64,000 bases of DNA from Escherichia coli (GCF_003018255.1 NZ_CP027440.1), one strand, 5' to 3'; positions 11,651 to 24,614 are shown, numbered from the stretch's first letter. Notes: a model not told the origin generated them from the sequence alone. Made by a program: numbers and translations.

Positions 11651-12418
11651 TTAACCATGACGCCGAATCGGTTGTTCAGAGTGCCCACGCTGCATCACCC
11701 GTTGCAAAACTTCCGCTTCCAGCTCCGCTAATCGCACCGACCCTAACCGGCGCGGACGGGGGATATCCACCGTCAAATCCAGACCAATTTTTCCCTCTTC
11801 AATTAACAATACCCGGTCAGCCATTGCTACCGCTTCGCTCACATCATGCGTCACCAACAGTACGGTAAAGCCGTGCTCCTGCCAAAGTGACACAATCAAA
11901 TCCTGCATCTCGAGCCGAGTCAGGGCGTCCAGCGCCCCGAGCGGTTCATCAAGCAATAATAAACCCGGTCGATGAATTAACGCTCTTGCCAGCGCCACAC
12001 GCTGTTTCTGCCCGCCAGAAAGTGCGGCAGGCCATTCCCCTGCGCGGTTCTCCAGTCCTACTGCAGCCAACGCCCGACGCGCGGCATCGCGCCACTGGCC
12101 TTTAAGGCCTAACCCAACGTTATCAATCACCGATTTCCACGGTAGCAGACGCGCATCCTGAAACATCATTCGCGTGTCTTCCTGAATCTCAGCCAGCGGT
12201 GTGGTGCCCGCTAACACGTCGCCTGCGGTTGGCGTTTCCAGACCTGCCAGCAGGCGCAGCAGGGTACTTTTGCCACCACCGCTGCGGCCCACCACCGCCA
12301 CAAACTGACCTGCCGGAATATGTAAATCCAGTTGGTTCAGGACGATATTTTCCGCGTATTGTTTGCTTACTGCATTGAGCAACAATGGTGTGCCCTGGTT
12401 CAGACGAGCAGTATTCAT
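11651..12418 (-). CDS. ssuB: aliphatic sulfonate ABC transporter ATP-binding protein
   Basis: 255 aa; Walker [18 protein letters not shown] signature. Confidence 0.95.
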   Translation of the reverse strand: MNTARLNQGTPLLLNAVSKQYAENIVLNQLDLHIPAGQFVAVVGRSGGGKSTLLRLLAGLETPTAGDVLAGTTPLAEIQEDTRMMFQDARLLPWKSVIDNVGLGLKGQWRDAARRALAAVGLENRAGEWPAALSGGQKQRVALARALIHRPGLLLLDEPLGALDALTRLEMQDLIVSLWQEHGFTVLLVTHDVSEAVAMADRVLLIEEGKIGLDLTVDIPRPRRLGSVRLAELEAEVLQRVMQRGHSEQPIRRHG

Positions 12419-13206
12419 ACCGTGGCCTCCTTCAAATGATAAGCCGGGTTCCAGCGCAACCAGAGACGCTCTAACAGCTGCGCGCTGACGTCAGCAAGTT
12501 TGCCGAGCAGGGCGTAAAGAATAATAGCGACTACCACCACGTCCGTTTGCAGAAACTCCCGCGCATTCATCGCCAGATAACCAATGCCGGAATTGGCAGA
12601 AATAGTTTCGGCAACGATCAGCGTCAGCCACATCAGGCCCAAAGCAAAACGCACGCCGACCATAATTGAGGGCAGGGCGCCAGGCAGGATCACATGGATA
12701 AACAGCGGTATGCCGGATAATCCATAGCTACGCGCCATTTCCACCAGACCGCGATCGATATTACGGATGCCGTGCCAGGTGTTGATATAAATGGGGAATA
12801 GCGTGCCGAGCGCCACCAGAAAGATTTTTGCGGATTCATCAATGCCAAACCACAAAATCACCAGCGGGATCAGCGCCAGATGCGGCACGTTACGCAACAT
12901 CTGAATGGAGGTATCCAGCAGTCGTTCTCCCCAGCGAGATAGCCCGCTAATCAGTCCCAAAATCAACCCCAGCGATCCGCCAATTGAAAAGCCAATGAGC
13001 GCCCGCCAGGAGCTGATCGCCAGATGCTGCCACAATTCGCCGCTGGCGGAGAGCGTCCAGAACGCCATCACCACTCCTTCCGGTGAGGGCAAAATACGCG
13101 TTGACAGCCAGCCAACTGAGGAGGCCAGTTGCCACACCGCCACGATGCCCACCGGTAAAAACCAGGGGGCAACGCGCAATAACCACTTTTTCACTGGCGT
13201 TGCCAT
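12415..13206 (-). CDS. ssuC: aliphatic sulfonate ABC transporter permease
   Basis: 263 aa hydrophobic; 4-nt overlap with ssuB. Confidence 0.93.
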   Translation of the reverse strand: MATPVKKWLLRVAPWFLPVGIVAVWQLASSVGWLSTRILPSPEGVVMAFWTLSASGELWQHLAISSWRALIGFSIGGSLGLILGLISGLSRWGERLLDTSIQMLRNVPHLALIPLVILWFGIDESAKIFLVALGTLFPIYINTWHGIRNIDRGLVEMARSYGLSGIPLFIHVILPGALPSIMVGVRFALGLMWLTLIVAETISANSGIGYLAMNAREFLQTDVVVVAIILYALLGKLADVSAQLLERLWLRWNPAYHLKEATV

Positions 13207-13217
13207 TATCGTATTCC

Positions 13218-14363
13218 TTAGCTTTGCGCGACGTTACGGGGGATAAAATCATTTGCCACCGCTTCGCCTTGCGGATTCAGCGGCTGCGGCTGGGGAATTT
13301 CCGGGATGGCGACATCCAGATGCGGGAACAGCAACTCGCCAACCCGATACGCTTCTTCCAGATGCGGGTAGCCCGAAAGCACAAAGCTGTCGATGCCAAG
13401 CGCGGCGTATTCGTTGATTCGCGCAGCGACCGTCGGACCATCGCCCACCAGTGCCGTCCCGGCACCGCCGCGCACTAAGCCAACGCCCGCCCATAAATTG
13501 GGGCTGATCTCCAGATTGTCGCGCTTGCCGTTATGTAGCGCCGCCATTCGCTGTTGTCCTACGGAATCCGTCCGGGCGAATGCGGCTTGTGCTTTGGCGA
13601 TAGTCTCATCATCAAGATGCGAGATTAACCGCTCGGCGGCCTGCCACGCTTCGTCGTTGGTTTCACGAACAATCACATGCAGACGAATACCGAAACGAAT
13701 TTTGCGTCCATGCGCGGCAGCTTTCGCCCGCACTTGTTCGATTTTCTCTTTAACCAGTTCCGGCGGTTCGCCCCAGGTGAGGTAGAGATCAACTTGTTCT
13801 GCCGCCAGCTCCTGGGCGACATCTGACGATCCGCCAAAGTAAAGCGGAGGATACGGCTGTTGAATCGGCGGGAAGAGCAGTTTGGCTCCGCGCACATGAA
13901 TATGTTTACCGTTGAAATTGACGGTTTCCCCCAGCAATAAGCGCCGCCAGACCTGGGTAAATTCCGCCGAGGCTTCGTAGCGCTCGCTATGATCAAGGAA
14001 CACGCCGTCGCCTGCCAGCTCTTGTGGATCGCTGCCTGTGACCAGATTAAACAACGCACGACCATTCGAGAGACGGTCAAGCGTGGCGGCCTGGCGGGCG
14101 GCAACGGTAGGTGAGGTTACGCTGGGACGCAGGGCGACAAGAAACTTCAGCCGTTGCGTCACCGGGATCATCGACGCGGCAACCAGCCACGCATCTTCAC
14201 ACGATCGTCCTGTTGGGATCAGCACACCGGTATAACCCAGACGATCCGCCGCTTGCGCAATTTGTTGCAGATAACCGTGATCAACCGGACGTGAACCTTC
14301 TTCCGTTCCCAGATAGTGCCCGTCACCATGGGTCGGTAAAAACCAGAACATATTCAGACTCAT
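13218..14363 (-). CDS. ssuD: FMNH2-dependent alkanesulfonate monooxygenase
   Basis: 381 aa; [19 protein letters not shown] luciferase-like N-terminus. Confidence 0.95.
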   Translation of the reverse strand: MSLNMFWFLPTHGDGHYLGTEEGSRPVDHGYLQQIAQAADRLGYTGVLIPTGRSCEDAWLVAASMIPVTQRLKFLVALRPSVTSPTVAARQAATLDRLSNGRALFNLVTGSDPQELAGDGVFLDHSERYEASAEFTQVWRRLLLGETVNFNGKHIHVRGAKLLFPPIQQPYPPLYFGGSSDVAQELAAEQVDLYLTWGEPPELVKEKIEQVRAKAAAHGRKIRFGIRLHVIVRETNDEAWQAAERLISHLDDETIAKAQAAFARTDSVGQQRMAALHNGKRDNLEISPNLWAGVGLVRGGAGTALVGDGPTVAARINEYAALGIDSFVLSGYPHLEEAYRVGELLFPHLDVAIPEIPQPQPLNPQGEAVANDFIPRNVAQS

Positions 14364-15319
14364 AATTGTTTTCCTTCCAGTTGAGTGGGCTGCCAGATGC
14401 GCTGGCGAATATCGACTTTTTTCGGCACCAGACGGTTTTCATAAAACAGATCTGCCGTTTGCTGCTGTAAGGCGGCAACTTCAGCGCTCAACGGTTTGAT
14501 GGTGGTGGGAGGACGATGATCCAGATATGAGGCAATAACCGGTGCCGGTAAGCCCATCGTTTTTGCCAGTAAAGCGATGCTTTGTTCGCGCTGGCTGCGG
14601 GTTAACGCATCGGCCTCACTAAAGGTTGTCAGCACACCCTGAATAAAAGCGCCGTTTTTTTCTGCATACGGACGAGCTGCCAGATAAAACGATCCAGTTT
14701 GATTGAGATCGGTGCCGTCTTTCAGCACCCGCACGCCGCCCTGTAATAATGCAGCGGAGTAGTAGGGATCCCAGATAGCCCAGGCGTCAACGTTACCTTG
14801 CTGGAACGCGGCGCGGGCATCGGCAGGCGTCAGGTAAGTGGGCTGAATATCCGTGAATTTAAGCCCGGCCTGGCGAAGGGCTCGCAGTAAAAGATTGTGC
14901 GAACTGGAACCTTTCTGAAAGGCAACTTTGTGACCTTTAAGATCGGCTACGGTTTTGATCGGGCTGTTTTCTGCCACCAGAATCACTTCGGCTTTGGGTT
15001 TCGGTGGCTCGACGCCCACGTATACCAAATCAGCCCCGGCAGCCTGGGCAAAGATTGGCGGAATATCCCCGGTACTGCCGAGATCGATACTGCCAACGTT
15101 TAACGCCTCCAGCATCTGTGGGCCAGCGGGGAACTCCACCCAGGAGATTTTTGTTTGCGGATAGCGTTTTTCCAGTAACTGGTGGCTTTTTGCCAGCACC
15201 ATACCAATACTGCCTTTTTGATAGCCTATACGTAACGCCTCTGGCGAAGACTCCGCGGCAACAGCAAGTGTAGAGACGCTAAGTAAACCCGCCAGCGCCA
15301 GTTTAATGATCTTACGCAT
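14360..15319 (-). CDS. ssuA: periplasmic aliphatic sulfonate-binding protein
   Basis: ORF track 14360..15361; start at ATG giving [21 protein letters not shown] signal peptide; overlaps ssuD and ssuE. Confidence 0.9.
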   Translation of the reverse strand: MRKIIKLALAGLLSVSTLAVAAESSPEALRIGYQKGSIGMVLAKSHQLLEKRYPQTKISWVEFPAGPQMLEALNVGSIDLGSTGDIPPIFAQAAGADLVYVGVEPPKPKAEVILVAENSPIKTVADLKGHKVAFQKGSSSHNLLLRALRQAGLKFTDIQPTYLTPADARAAFQQGNVDAWAIWDPYYSAALLQGGVRVLKDGTDLNQTGSFYLAARPYAEKNGAFIQGVLTTFSEADALTRSQREQSIALLAKTMGLPAPVIASYLDHRPPTTIKPLSAEVAALQQQTADLFYENRLVPKKVDIRQRIWQPTQLEGKQL

Positions 15320-15887
15320 GGGCATTACCTCGCAGAGACAGAAGGTCAGGAACCTGAACATCGCGGCGGTGCAACGCCTGCCAGAAAGTTTCTAGCGCGG
15401 TATCAAGACGAGTTTGCAGATTTGGCGTGAACTGGGGTTTGTGTTGGTAATCAATTACTTGCGAGTCATCGGCAAACACGCCGTGCAGGATCTCCTGGGC
15501 TTTCAGCGTACTTAAAACTGGCTTAAGGGCATAATCGACCGCCAGCAGATGGGCCACGGTGCCGCCTGTCGCCAGCGGCAGCACCACTTTGCCTTGCAAC
15601 GCACGTTCTGGCAGCAGGTCGAGCAGGGTTTTCAGCGCGCCGGAATAGGCGGCTTTATACACAGGCGTGGCGACAATCAGCCCATCGGCCTGTTGCAGCT
15701 GTTCGGTGAAGGTCTTGAGTGCCGGACTATCGAAACGAGCATAAAGCAGATCTTCCGGGACGAAGTTTTGCAAATTCCAGTGATAAACCTCTACATCCAG
15801 GCCATTTAGTTTTTCCCGCGCATATTCCAGCAAGGAGCTGGAGCGAGAAGGAAAGCGAGGACTACCCGCCAGGGTGATGACACGCAT
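15312..15887 (-). CDS. ssuE: NADPH-dependent FMN reductase
   Basis: 191 aa; MRVITLAGSPRFPSRSS N-terminus. Confidence 0.95.
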   Translation of the reverse strand: MRVITLAGSPRFPSRSSSLLEYAREKLNGLDVEVYHWNLQNFVPEDLLYARFDSPALKTFTEQLQQADGLIVATPVYKAAYSGALKTLLDLLPERALQGKVVLPLATGGTVAHLLAVDYALKPVLSTLKAQEILHGVFADDSQVIDYQHKPQFTPNLQTRLDTALETFWQALHRRDVQVPDLLSLRGNAHA

Positions 15888-16123
15888 ACTCTCTCCTTAT
15901 AACCAATTGTTCTTGTTTTGTTAACATTGATAACAATTCGGTCAGTCTGACAGAGGGCGTCCGCGAGTCGAAATGATTTATCTGAGGAAGAAAAGCCAAA
16001 AAAAGCATAAAAAAAGCGCAATAAGAAAACGTTTGCTATTTATTGCCGCAGGTCAATTCCCTTTTGGTCCGAACTCGCACATAATACGCCCCCGGTTTGC
16101 ACACCGGGAATCCAGGAGAGTTC

Positions 16124-17134
16124 ATGTACTACCCCTTCGTTCGTAAAGCCCTTTTCCAGCTCGATCCAGAGCGCGCTCATGAGTTTACTTTTCAGCAATT
16201 ACGCCGTATTACCGGAACGCCGTTTGAAGCACTGGTGCGGCAGAAAGTGCCTGCGAAACCTGTTAACTGCATGGGCCTGACGTTTAAAAATCCGCTTGGT
16301 CTGGCAGCCGGTCTTGATAAAGACGGGGAGTGCATTGACGCGTTAGGCGCGATGGGATTTGGATCGATCGAGATCGGTACCGTCACGCCACGTCCCCAGC
16401 CAGGTAATGACAAGCCGCGTCTCTTTCGTCTGGTAGATGCCGAAGGTTTGATCAACCGTATGGGCTTTAATAATCTTGGCGTTGATAACCTCGTAGAGAA
16501 CGTAAAAAAAGCCCATTATGACGGCGTTCTGGGTATTAACATCGGCAAAAATAAAGATACGCCGGTGGAGCAGGGTAAAGATGACTATCTGATTTGTATG
16601 GAAAAAATCTATGCCTATGCGGGATATATCGCCATCAATATTTCATCGCCAAATACCCCAGGATTACGCACACTGCAATATGGCGAAGCGCTGGATGATC
16701 TCTTAACCGCGATTAAAAATAAGCAAAATGATTTGCAAGCGATGCACCATAAATATGTGCCGATCGCAGTGAAGATCGCGCCGGATCTTTCTGAAGAAGA
16801 ATTGATCCAGGTTGCCGATAGTTTAGTTCGCCATAATATTGATGGCGTGATTGCAACCAATACCACGCTCGATCGTTCTCTGGTTCAGGGAATGAAAAAT
16901 TGTGATCAAACCGGTGGCTTAAGTGGTCGTCCGCTTCAGTTAAAAAGCACAGAAATTATTCGCCGCTTGTCACAGGAATTAAACGGTCGCTTACCGATCA
17001 TCGGTGTTGGCGGCATTGATTCGGTTATCGCTGCGCGTGAAAAGATTGCTGCGGGGGCCTCACTGGTGCAAATTTATTCTGGTTTTATTTTTAAAGGTCC
17101 GCCGCTGATTAAAGAAATCGTTACCCATATCTAA
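16124..17134 (+). CDS. pyrD: dihydroorotate dehydrogenase (quinone)
   Basis: ORF track 16097..17134; start at ATG 16124 giving [21 protein letters not shown]. Confidence 0.95.
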   Translation: MYYPFVRKALFQLDPERAHEFTFQQLRRITGTPFEALVRQKVPAKPVNCMGLTFKNPLGLAAGLDKDGECIDALGAMGFGSIEIGTVTPRPQPGNDKPRLFRLVDAEGLINRMGFNNLGVDNLVENVKKAHYDGVLGINIGKNKDTPVEQGKDDYLICMEKIYAYAGYIAINISSPNTPGLRTLQYGEALDDLLTAIKNKQNDLQAMHHKYVPIAVKIAPDLSEEELIQVADSLVRHNIDGVIATNTTLDRSLVQGMKNCDQTGGLSGRPLQLKSTEIIRRLSQELNGRLPIIGVGGIDSVIAAREKIAAGASLVQIYSGFIFKGPPLIKEIVTHI

Positions 17135-17166
17135 TTATTTCTTCGAATTCCTCTTTATAAGATAAT

Positions 17167-17196
17167 CAGGGCTTTATTTTAAGCCCTGGTTGTTTT
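17167..17196 (+). terminator. rho-independent terminator of pyrD
   Basis: stem cagggctt-tatttt-aagccctg followed by ttgtttt. Confidence 0.7.
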
Positions 17197-17307
17197 ATAT
17201 TCATCGCTGTTGCTTATTTAGACATTTTGTACTTTTATTGTTGAGGTTATTAAGCGAAGCGACAATGGATTGTGTTGCTGCGGTTTTATAGGGTAGGGGA
17301 GAGGCAG

Positions 17308-17850
17308 ATGCGAATTAAACCAGACGATAACTGGCGTTGGTATTACGATGAAGAGCACGATCGAATGATGCTCGATTTAGCCAATGGTATGCTATTTCGC
17401 TCACGTTTTGCGCGCAAAATGTTGACTCCAGATGCCTTTTCTCCCGCAGGCTTTTGCGTTGACGACGCCGCGCTCTATTTCTCATTTGAAGAAAAATGCC
17501 GCGATTTTAATTTATCTAAAGAACAAAAAGCCGAACTGGTGCTTAATGCGCTGGTAGCAATTCGTTATCTCAAACCGCAAATGCCGAAAAGCTGGCATTT
17601 TGTTTCCCATGGTGAAATGTGGGTGCCCATGCCGGGCGATGCGGCCTGCGTTTGGTTGAGCGACACTCACGAGCAAGTCAATTTGCTGGTCGTTGAATCT
17701 GGCGAAAATGCCGCACTATGCCTGCTGGCACAACCCTGCGTTGTTATTGCGGGTCGCGCGATGCAGCTGGGCGACGCCATCAAAATCATGAACGACAGGC
17801 TGAAACCGCAGGTTAATGTTGACAGCTTCAACCTCGAACAGGCAGTCTAA
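17308..17850 (+). CDS. zapC: cell division protein ZapC (YcbW)
   Basis: ORF track 17272..17850; start at ATG 17308 giving [24 protein letters not shown]. Confidence 0.9.
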   Translation: MRIKPDDNWRWYYDEEHDRMMLDLANGMLFRSRFARKMLTPDAFSPAGFCVDDAALYFSFEEKCRDFNLSKEQKAELVLNALVAIRYLKPQMPKSWHFVSHGEMWVPMPGDAACVWLSDTHEQVNLLVVESGENAALCLLAQPCVVIAGRAMQLGDAIKIMNDRLKPQVNVDSFNLEQAV

Positions 17851-18956
17851 CGCGTCAGCTTAAGCGCAGTCTTCGGTACACAGCTACAGCAAAGAATGGT
17901 GCCATCATCGCCCATTGCTGATTTTTTCAGCGGCGTGACTTCGCCTTCTAAAAGCTGAACACGGCAACTTCCACAAATGCCCGCGCGGCAAGAATAAGGG
18001 ATACGAATTCCCTGATTTTCTAATTGCTCCAGCAACACCTGCTGGTTATTTCCACGAAATGCCTGTCCCTGCCAGTCAATATCTACATTTGCGTCCGGTT
18101 GTTGCGTGATGTTGACGGTATCATCAGCGGCGGCTGCGCCGTAAATTTTAGCCGGAGCCGTTGCCAGAACTTCCACCTCATCGCCAACGCGAATTACGCC
18201 GCTATTACGGGCAATTAAATTCTGACCAAAATCGACATCGCCGTTATCCTGGGCAGTGCGGAAAGATTGCAATGTTTTTAATGGTTCGCCTGCCGGATGT
18301 TTTTGCCCTTTTTCTGGACTGACGGTGGTGAAAATACAGCGGCTACAAGGTTTAACCACATCAAACACCACATCACCAATGCGAATCACTTTCCAGCTAT
18401 CTTCTTCCCAGGCTGACGCGCCGGAAACCACCAGATTGGGGCGGAATTGCTCCATTTTTACACTGGCCGGACAACGTTGTTGGAGATCACGTAACGAGGC
18501 TTCGTTAGCAAGAAGGTAAGGATAGCCATCAGCAAATGACAGGGGTACAGTGTTGTGGCGTTTCACGCGCCGCGTCATTTGTGGCCCCACCCAGCGCAAC
18601 TGCACTTCGCGGGAGAAAAATCCACTTAGCCATTTGTTGATCGCGTCTGGTGCAATTCGCGCGGTAAAATGTGTGCCCCAAACTTCGGTTGGTGCGTCTT
18701 GTGTGGCGAAATCAGCAAAACGAACATATGCGCTACTGCCATCTGGTGCGGTGAGATGCAAGCCATCATGCACAGGTGAAGGAGTAAACCGTACCATCTG
18801 GGGAAACTGGCGAGCGGTAATAAACGTACCGTCAGGTTCCGTGATCATAAAGATGCGATCGAAGGCCAGACCACTGACATCTGCCAGGGCATGTGTAAGA
18901 CCAATGCCGCGCATCGATTTAACAGGATGAATAAAAAGCCGGGTTAATGTCGCCAC
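17847..18956 (-). CDS. ycbX: MOSC-domain 2Fe-2S protein YcbX
   Basis: 369 aa; C-terminal ferredoxin-like cysteine cluster (CRAGICGSC). Confidence 0.9.
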   Translation of the reverse strand: MATLTRLFIHPVKSMRGIGLTHALADVSGLAFDRIFMITEPDGTFITARQFPQMVRFTPSPVHDGLHLTAPDGSSAYVRFADFATQDAPTEVWGTHFTARIAPDAINKWLSGFFSREVQLRWVGPQMTRRVKRHNTVPLSFADGYPYLLANEASLRDLQQRCPASVKMEQFRPNLVVSGASAWEEDSWKVIRIGDVVFDVVKPCSRCIFTTVSPEKGQKHPAGEPLKTLQSFRTAQDNGDVDFGQNLIARNSGVIRVGDEVEVLATAPAKIYGAAAADDTVNITQQPDANVDIDWQGQAFRGNNQQVLLEQLENQGIRIPYSCRAGICGSCRVQLLEGEVTPLKKSAMGDDGTILCCSCVPKTALKLTR

Positions 18957-19199
18957 GGTGCGGTCCTCAAATGAAAATAAGCCCTCAACTTTATGACATG
19001 ACGCGCTTATTAGCTATAATGCGCAACAATTTTCTTAGCGCCTGTCCCATTAGGCTATTTTATTTGTCAGTTTGGCCCAGGGAAGTGCTCGAAATCCTCA
19101 CGTACTTGTGTACGCTCCGGTTTCTCCGCGCTGTCCATGTCCAGACTGACTGCAACAATTACGCCTACTGCGGTAGGCTCTTAGAGTAAAAGTGACGAT

Positions 19200-21308
19200 A
19201 TGAATTCTCTGTTTGCCAGTACGGCCCGTGGGCTGGAAGAGCTGTTAAAAACTGAACTGGAAAACCTGGGGGCCGTTGAATGCCAGGTGGTTCAGGGTGG
19301 GGTCCATTTCAAGGGCGACACACGGCTTGTTTACCAGAGCCTGATGTGGAGCCGCCTGGCCTCGCGTATTATGTTGCCGCTGGGCGAGTGTAAGGTTTAC
19401 AGCGATTTAGACCTCTATCTCGGTGTTCAGGCGATCAACTGGACAGAGATGTTTAATCCTGGCGCGACCTTCGCTGTCCACTTCAGTGGTTTGAATGACA
19501 CCATCCGCAACAGTCAGTACGGCGCGATGAAAGTGAAAGACGCGATCGTCGATGCTTTCACGCGGAAAAATCTGCCGCGTCCAAATGTTGATCGCGATGC
19601 GCCGGATATCCGCGTTAACGTCTGGCTGCATAAAGAAACCGCCAGTATTGCCCTTGATCTCAGTGGTGATGGTTTACATCTGCGTGGCTATCGCGATCGT
19701 GCTGGTATTGCGCCGATCAAAGAAACCCTGGCAGCCGCGATTGTTATGCGATCCGGCTGGCAGCCAGGAACACCGCTGCTCGATCCGATGTGTGGTTCCG
19801 GTACGTTGTTGATTGAAGCGGCGATGCTGGCGACCGATCGCGCACCAGGCTTGCACCGTGGACGTTGGGGCTTTAGCGGCTGGGCACAGCATGATGAAGC
19901 CATCTGGCAGGAAGTGAAAGCAGAAGCGCAAACCCGCGCCCGTAAAGGCCTGGCTGAGTATAGCTCTCATTTTTACGGTTCGGACAGCGACGCACGGGTG
20001 ATTCAACGTGCGCGCACTAACGCCCGTCTTGCGGGGATTGGTGAACTGATCACCTTTGAAGTGAAAGATGTCGCGCAACTGACCAATCCGCTGCCGAAAG
20101 GGCCGTACGGTACAGTGTTGAGCAACCCGCCATACGGTGAACGTCTGGACAGCGAACCGGCGCTGATTGCGCTGCATAGTCTGCTGGGCCGAATCATGAA
20201 AAACCAGTTCAGCGGCTGGAATCTCTCTTTATTCAGTGCCTCGCCGGATCTGTTAAGTTGCCTGCAGTTGCGTGCAGACAAACAGTACAAAGCGAAAAAC
20301 GGTCCATTAGACTGCGTGCAGAAAAATTACCACGTTGCCGAAAGCACACCAGACAGCAAACCGGTAATGGCAGCGGAAGACTACGCCAACCGTCTGCGTA
20401 AGAACCTCAAAAAATTCGAGAAGTGGGCGCGTCAGGAAGGCATTGAATGCTACCGCCTGTACGACGCCGATCTACCGGAATACAACGTTGCAGTTGACCG
20501 CTACGCCGATTGGGTGGTGGTGCAGGAGTATGCGCCGCCAAAAACTATTGATGCGCACAAAGCGCGTCAGCGTCTGTTCGATATTATCGCTGCAACCATT
20601 TCGGTATTGGGGATTGCGCCAAACAAACTGGTGCTGAAAACCCGTGAACGCCAGAAGGGCAAAAATCAGTACCAGAAACTGGGCGAGAAGGGCGAGTTTC
20701 TCGAAGTTACCGAATATAACGCTCACTTGTGGGTGAACCTGACGGATTACCTCGATACCGGTCTGTTCCTCGATCACCGTATCGCCCGTCGTATGCTCGG
20801 TCAGATGAGCAAAGGCAAAGATTTCCTCAACCTGTTCTCTTATACCGGCAGCGCCACCGTGCACGCGGGATTAGGCGGTGCACGCAGCACTACCACCGTG
20901 GATATGTCGCGTACTTATCTGGAGTGGGCAGAACGCAACCTGCGTCTGAATGGCCTAACCGGGCGTGCGCATCGCCTGATTCAGGCCGATTGCCTGGCGT
21001 GGCTGCGTGAGGCAAATGAACAGTTCGATCTGATTTTTATCGATCCGCCAACCTTCTCTAACTCAAAACGAATGGAAGATGCGTTTGATGTTCAGCGCGA
21101 TCATCTGGCGCTGATGAAAGATTTGAAACGTCTGCTGCGTGCTGGTGGGACGATCATGTTCTCGAACAACAAACGTGGCTTCCGTATGGATCTTGACGGA
21201 CTGGCAAAACTGGGACTGAAAGCACAAGAAATTACGCAAAAAACGCTCTCCCAGGATTTCGCCCGTAACCGCCAGATCCACAACTGCTGGCTGATTACCG
21301 CAGCCTGA
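19200..21308 (+). CDS. rlmL: bifunctional 23S rRNA methyltransferase RlmKL (YcbY)
   Basis: 702 aa; [21 protein letters not shown]-terminus, SAM-MTase motifs. Confidence 0.93.
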   Translation: MNSLFASTARGLEELLKTELENLGAVECQVVQGGVHFKGDTRLVYQSLMWSRLASRIMLPLGECKVYSDLDLYLGVQAINWTEMFNPGATFAVHFSGLNDTIRNSQYGAMKVKDAIVDAFTRKNLPRPNVDRDAPDIRVNVWLHKETASIALDLSGDGLHLRGYRDRAGIAPIKETLAAAIVMRSGWQPGTPLLDPMCGSGTLLIEAAMLATDRAPGLHRGRWGFSGWAQHDEAIWQEVKAEAQTRARKGLAEYSSHFYGSDSDARVIQRARTNARLAGIGELITFEVKDVAQLTNPLPKGPYGTVLSNPPYGERLDSEPALIALHSLLGRIMKNQFSGWNLSLFSASPDLLSCLQLRADKQYKAKNGPLDCVQKNYHVAESTPDSKPVMAAEDYANRLRKNLKKFEKWARQEGIECYRLYDADLPEYNVAVDRYADWVVVQEYAPPKTIDAHKARQRLFDIIAATISVLGIAPNKLVLKTRERQKGKNQYQKLGEKGEFLEVTEYNAHLWVNLTDYLDTGLFLDHRIARRMLGQMSKGKDFLNLFSYTGSATVHAGLGGARSTTTVDMSRTYLEWAERNLRLNGLTGRAHRLIQADCLAWLREANEQFDLIFIDPPTFSNSKRMEDAFDVQRDHLALMKDLKRLLRAGGTIMFSNNKRGFRMDLDGLAKLGLKAQEITQKTLSQDFARNRQIHNCWLITAA

Positions 21309-21319
21309 AAGGAATAGTA

Positions 21320-23227
21320 ATGTCATTAATCAGTATGCATGGCGCATGGCTGTCGTTCAGCGACGCGCCGCTTCTCGATAACGCAGAACTGCATATCGAA
21401 GATAACGAACGTGTTTGTCTGGTGGGCCGCAACGGCGCAGGCAAATCGACGTTAATGAAAATCCTCAACCGTGAACAAGGGCTGGATGACGGTCGCATTA
21501 TTTACGAGCAAGATTTGATTGTAGCTCGTCTGCAACAGGATCCGCCGCGTAACGTTGAGGGGAGTGTTTATGATTTCGTTGCCGAAGGCATTGAAGAACA
21601 AGCGGAATACCTGAAACGCTATCACGATATTTCGCGCCTGGTGATGAACGACCCGAGCGAGAAAAATCTCAACGAACTGGCGAAGGTTCAGGAACAGTTG
21701 GATCACCACAACCTGTGGCAGCTGGAAAACCGCATTAACGAAGTGCTGGCGCAACTGGGGTTAGATCCTAACGTTGCGCTGTCGTCGCTTTCCGGCGGTT
21801 GGTTGCGTAAAGCGGCATTAGGACGCGCGCTGGTGAGCAATCCGCGCGTATTGCTGCTCGACGAACCGACTAACCACCTGGATATCGAAACCATCGACTG
21901 GCTGGAAGGATTCCTTAAAACCTTCAATGGGACGATTATTTTCATCTCCCACGACCGTTCGTTTATCCGCAATATGGCGACGCGTATTGTTGATCTCGAT
22001 CGCGGCAAACTTGTGACCTATCCAGGGAATTACGACCAGTACCTGCTGGAAAAAGAAGAAGCCCTGCGCGTGGAGGAGCTGCAAAATGCCGAGTTCGATC
22101 GCAAACTGGCGCAGGAAGAAGTGTGGATCCGTCAGGGGATCAAAGCACGCCGTACCCGTAATGAAGGCCGCGTACGCGCCCTGAAAGCAATGCGTCGCGA
22201 GCGTGGCGAACGTCGCGAAGTGATGGGTACCGCAAAAATGCAGGTGGAAGAAGCCAGCCGCTCCGGTAAGATCGTTTTCGAAATGGAAGACGTTTGCTAC
22301 CAGGTTGACGGTAAGCAACTGGTGAAAGATTTTTCTGCCCAGGTTCTACGTGGCGACAAAATTGCCCTGATTGGTCCGAATGGATGCGGCAAAACCACGC
22401 TGCTGAAACTGATGCTCGGTCAGCTTCAGGCGGACAGCGGGCGTATTCACGTTGGCACCAAACTGGAAGTGGCTTATTTCGATCAGCACCGTGCGGAACT
22501 GGATCCCGATAAAACGGTGATGGATAACCTTGCTGAAGGTAAGCAAGAGGTGATGGTTAACGGCAAGCCACGTCATGTTTTGGGCTATTTGCAGGACTTC
22601 CTGTTCCATCCGAAACGGGCGATGACGCCGGTACGTGCGCTTTCTGGCGGTGAGCGTAACCGCTTGCTGTTGGCGCGTTTGTTCCTCAAACCAAGCAACT
22701 TATTGATTCTTGACGAACCGACCAACGATCTTGATGTTGAAACGCTGGAACTGCTGGAAGAACTGATCGACAGCTACCAGGGCACGGTATTGCTGGTGAG
22801 CCACGATCGTCAGTTTGTCGATAACACCGTTACAGAATGCTGGATCTTCGAAGGCGGCGGTAAAATTGGTCGTTATGTCGGCGGTTATCATGATGCCCGT
22901 GGTCAGCAAGAACAGTATGTGGCGCTCAAACAGCCTGCGGTGAAAAAAATCGAAGAAGCCGCCGCGCCAAAAGCAGAAACTGTAAAACGCAGCAGTAGCA
23001 AACTAAGCTATAAATTGCAGCGCGAACTGGAGCAGCTACCGCAATTGCTCGAAGATCTGGAGGCGAAGCTGGAAGCCCTACAGACGCAGGTGGCGGATGC
23101 TTCCTTCTTCAGTCAGCCGCATGAGCAGACGCAAAAAGTGCTCGCCGATATGGCTGCTGCAGAGCAGGAGCTGGAGCAAGCCTTTGAACGCTGGGAGTAT
23201 CTTGAAGCGTTAAAAAATGGTGGCTGA
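21320..23227 (+). CDS. uup: ABC-F family ATPase Uup
   Basis: 635 aa; two Walker A motifs (GRNGAGKST, GPNGCGKTT), two LSGG signatures, C-terminal coiled-coil tail. Confidence 0.95.
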   Translation: MSLISMHGAWLSFSDAPLLDNAELHIEDNERVCLVGRNGAGKSTLMKILNREQGLDDGRIIYEQDLIVARLQQDPPRNVEGSVYDFVAEGIEEQAEYLKRYHDISRLVMNDPSEKNLNELAKVQEQLDHHNLWQLENRINEVLAQLGLDPNVALSSLSGGWLRKAALGRALVSNPRVLLLDEPTNHLDIETIDWLEGFLKTFNGTIIFISHDRSFIRNMATRIVDLDRGKLVTYPGNYDQYLLEKEEALRVEELQNAEFDRKLAQEEVWIRQGIKARRTRNEGRVRALKAMRRERGERREVMGTAKMQVEEASRSGKIVFEMEDVCYQVDGKQLVKDFSAQVLRGDKIALIGPNGCGKTTLLKLMLGQLQADSGRIHVGTKLEVAYFDQHRAELDPDKTVMDNLAEGKQEVMVNGKPRHVLGYLQDFLFHPKRAMTPVRALSGGERNRLLLARLFLKPSNLLILDEPTNDLDVETLELLEELIDSYQGTVLLVSHDRQFVDNTVTECWIFEGGGKIGRYVGGYHDARGQQEQYVALKQPAVKKIEEAAAPKAETVKRSSSKLSYKLQRELEQLPQLLEDLEAKLEALQTQVADASFFSQPHEQTQKVLADMAAAEQELEQAFERWEYLEALKNGG

Positions 23228-23356
23228 TCGCAAAATAGTCGATTTAAACAGAGACAGCTGACAACGGTAAAATTGCCTGATGAACTGGGTTTATCAGGCA
23301 TGAAAACCAACACTTTGTTAGTCATCTGTAAAATAGCGCATCATTAAGGAGTACCA

Positions 23357-24610
23357 ATGTGCGAACATCATCATGCCGCGAAGCACATCCTGTGCTCGCA
23401 GTGTGACATGCTGGTGGCGTTACCGCGCCTTGAGCATGGTCAGAAAGCGGCATGTCCCCGGTGTGGCACAACGTTAACCGTGGCGTGGGATGCCCCTCGG
23501 CAGCGTCCCACCGCCTATGCGTTGGCTGCACTGTTCATGCTGTTGCTGTCCAACTTGTTTCCTTTTGTGAATATGAACGTTGCGGGAGTCACCAGTGAAA
23601 TTACATTACTGGAAATTCCCGGCGTGCTTTTTTCTGAGGACTACGCCAGCCTCGGCACCTTTTTCCTGTTGTTTGTGCAACTGGTTCCCGCGTTTTGTCT
23701 GATAACCATTCTGTTACTGGTGAATCGCGCAGAATTACCGGTCCGTTTAAAAGAGCAACTGGCACGGGTGCTTTTTCAACTCAAAACCTGGGGAATGGCG
23801 GAGATTTTCCTCGCGGGTGTGCTGGTCAGTTTCGTTAAACTGATGGCTTACGGCAGCATTGGCGTAGGCAGCAGCTTTCTCCCCTGGTGTTTATTTTGTG
23901 TCCTGCAACTGCGTGCTTTTCAGTGCGTTGATCGTCGCTGGTTATGGGACGACATCGCCCCGATGCCAGAACTGCGCCAGCCGCTAAAACCTGGCGTCAC
24001 GGGGATACGCCAGGGGTTACGTTCGTGCTCCTGTTGTACAGCAATTCTTCCAGCTGATGATCCGGTGTGTCCGCGCTGTGGTACTAAAGGGTACGTTCGT
24101 CGTAGAAACAGCCTGCAATGGACACTCGCGCTGCTTGTTACGTCCATCATGCTGTATCTTCCGGCTAATATTTTGCCCATCATGGTGACGGATTTATTAG
24201 GCTCGAAGATGCCATCGACGATTCTCGCTGGGGTCATCCTGTTATGGAGCGAAGGATCTTATCCCGTCGCTGCGGTTATCTTTCTGGCCAGTATTATGGT
24301 GCCAACGTTAAAGATGATCGCCATAGCGTGGTTGTGTTGGGATGCCAAAGGGCATGGCAAGCGCGACAGTGAAAGAATGCATTTGATTTATGAAGTTGTT
24401 GAGTTTGTAGGCCGCTGGTCGATGATTGACGTTTTCGTTATCGCGGTGCTCTCGGCGCTGGTGCGTATGGGAGGTTTAATGAGTATTTATCCGGCAATGG
24501 GTGCATTAATGTTTGCTTTAGTCGTCATAATGACAATGTTTTCTGCTATGACGTTTGACCCGCGTTTGTCGTGGGATCGTCAACCTGAATCAGAGCATGA
24601 GGAGTCCTGA
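23357..24610 (+). CDS. pqiA: paraquat-inducible membrane protein A
   Basis: 417 aa polytopic membrane protein with CxxC pairs; followed by MCE-domain pqiB. Confidence 0.93.
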   Translation: MCEHHHAAKHILCSQCDMLVALPRLEHGQKAACPRCGTTLTVAWDAPRQRPTAYALAALFMLLLSNLFPFVNMNVAGVTSEITLLEIPGVLFSEDYASLGTFFLLFVQLVPAFCLITILLLVNRAELPVRLKEQLARVLFQLKTWGMAEIFLAGVLVSFVKLMAYGSIGVGSSFLPWCLFCVLQLRAFQCVDRRWLWDDIAPMPELRQPLKPGVTGIRQGLRSCSCCTAILPADDPVCPRCGTKGYVRRRNSLQWTLALLVTSIMLYLPANILPIMVTDLLGSKMPSTILAGVILLWSEGSYPVAAVIFLASIMVPTLKMIAIAWLCWDAKGHGKRDSERMHLIYEVVEFVGRWSMIDVFVIAVLSALVRMGGLMSIYPAMGALMFALVVIMTMFSAMTFDPRLSWDRQPESEHEES

Positions 24611-24614
24611 CAGT

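Noticed and set aside
16097-16123. Longer N-terminal extensions suggested by the ORF track for pyrD, asnS, pncB, helD, ompA, fabA, hyaA, hyaF, appA, etp and acyP
   Set aside because: The track opens at the first possible start in frame; recognised N-termini and RBS positions place true starts at internal ATGs, as annotated above.
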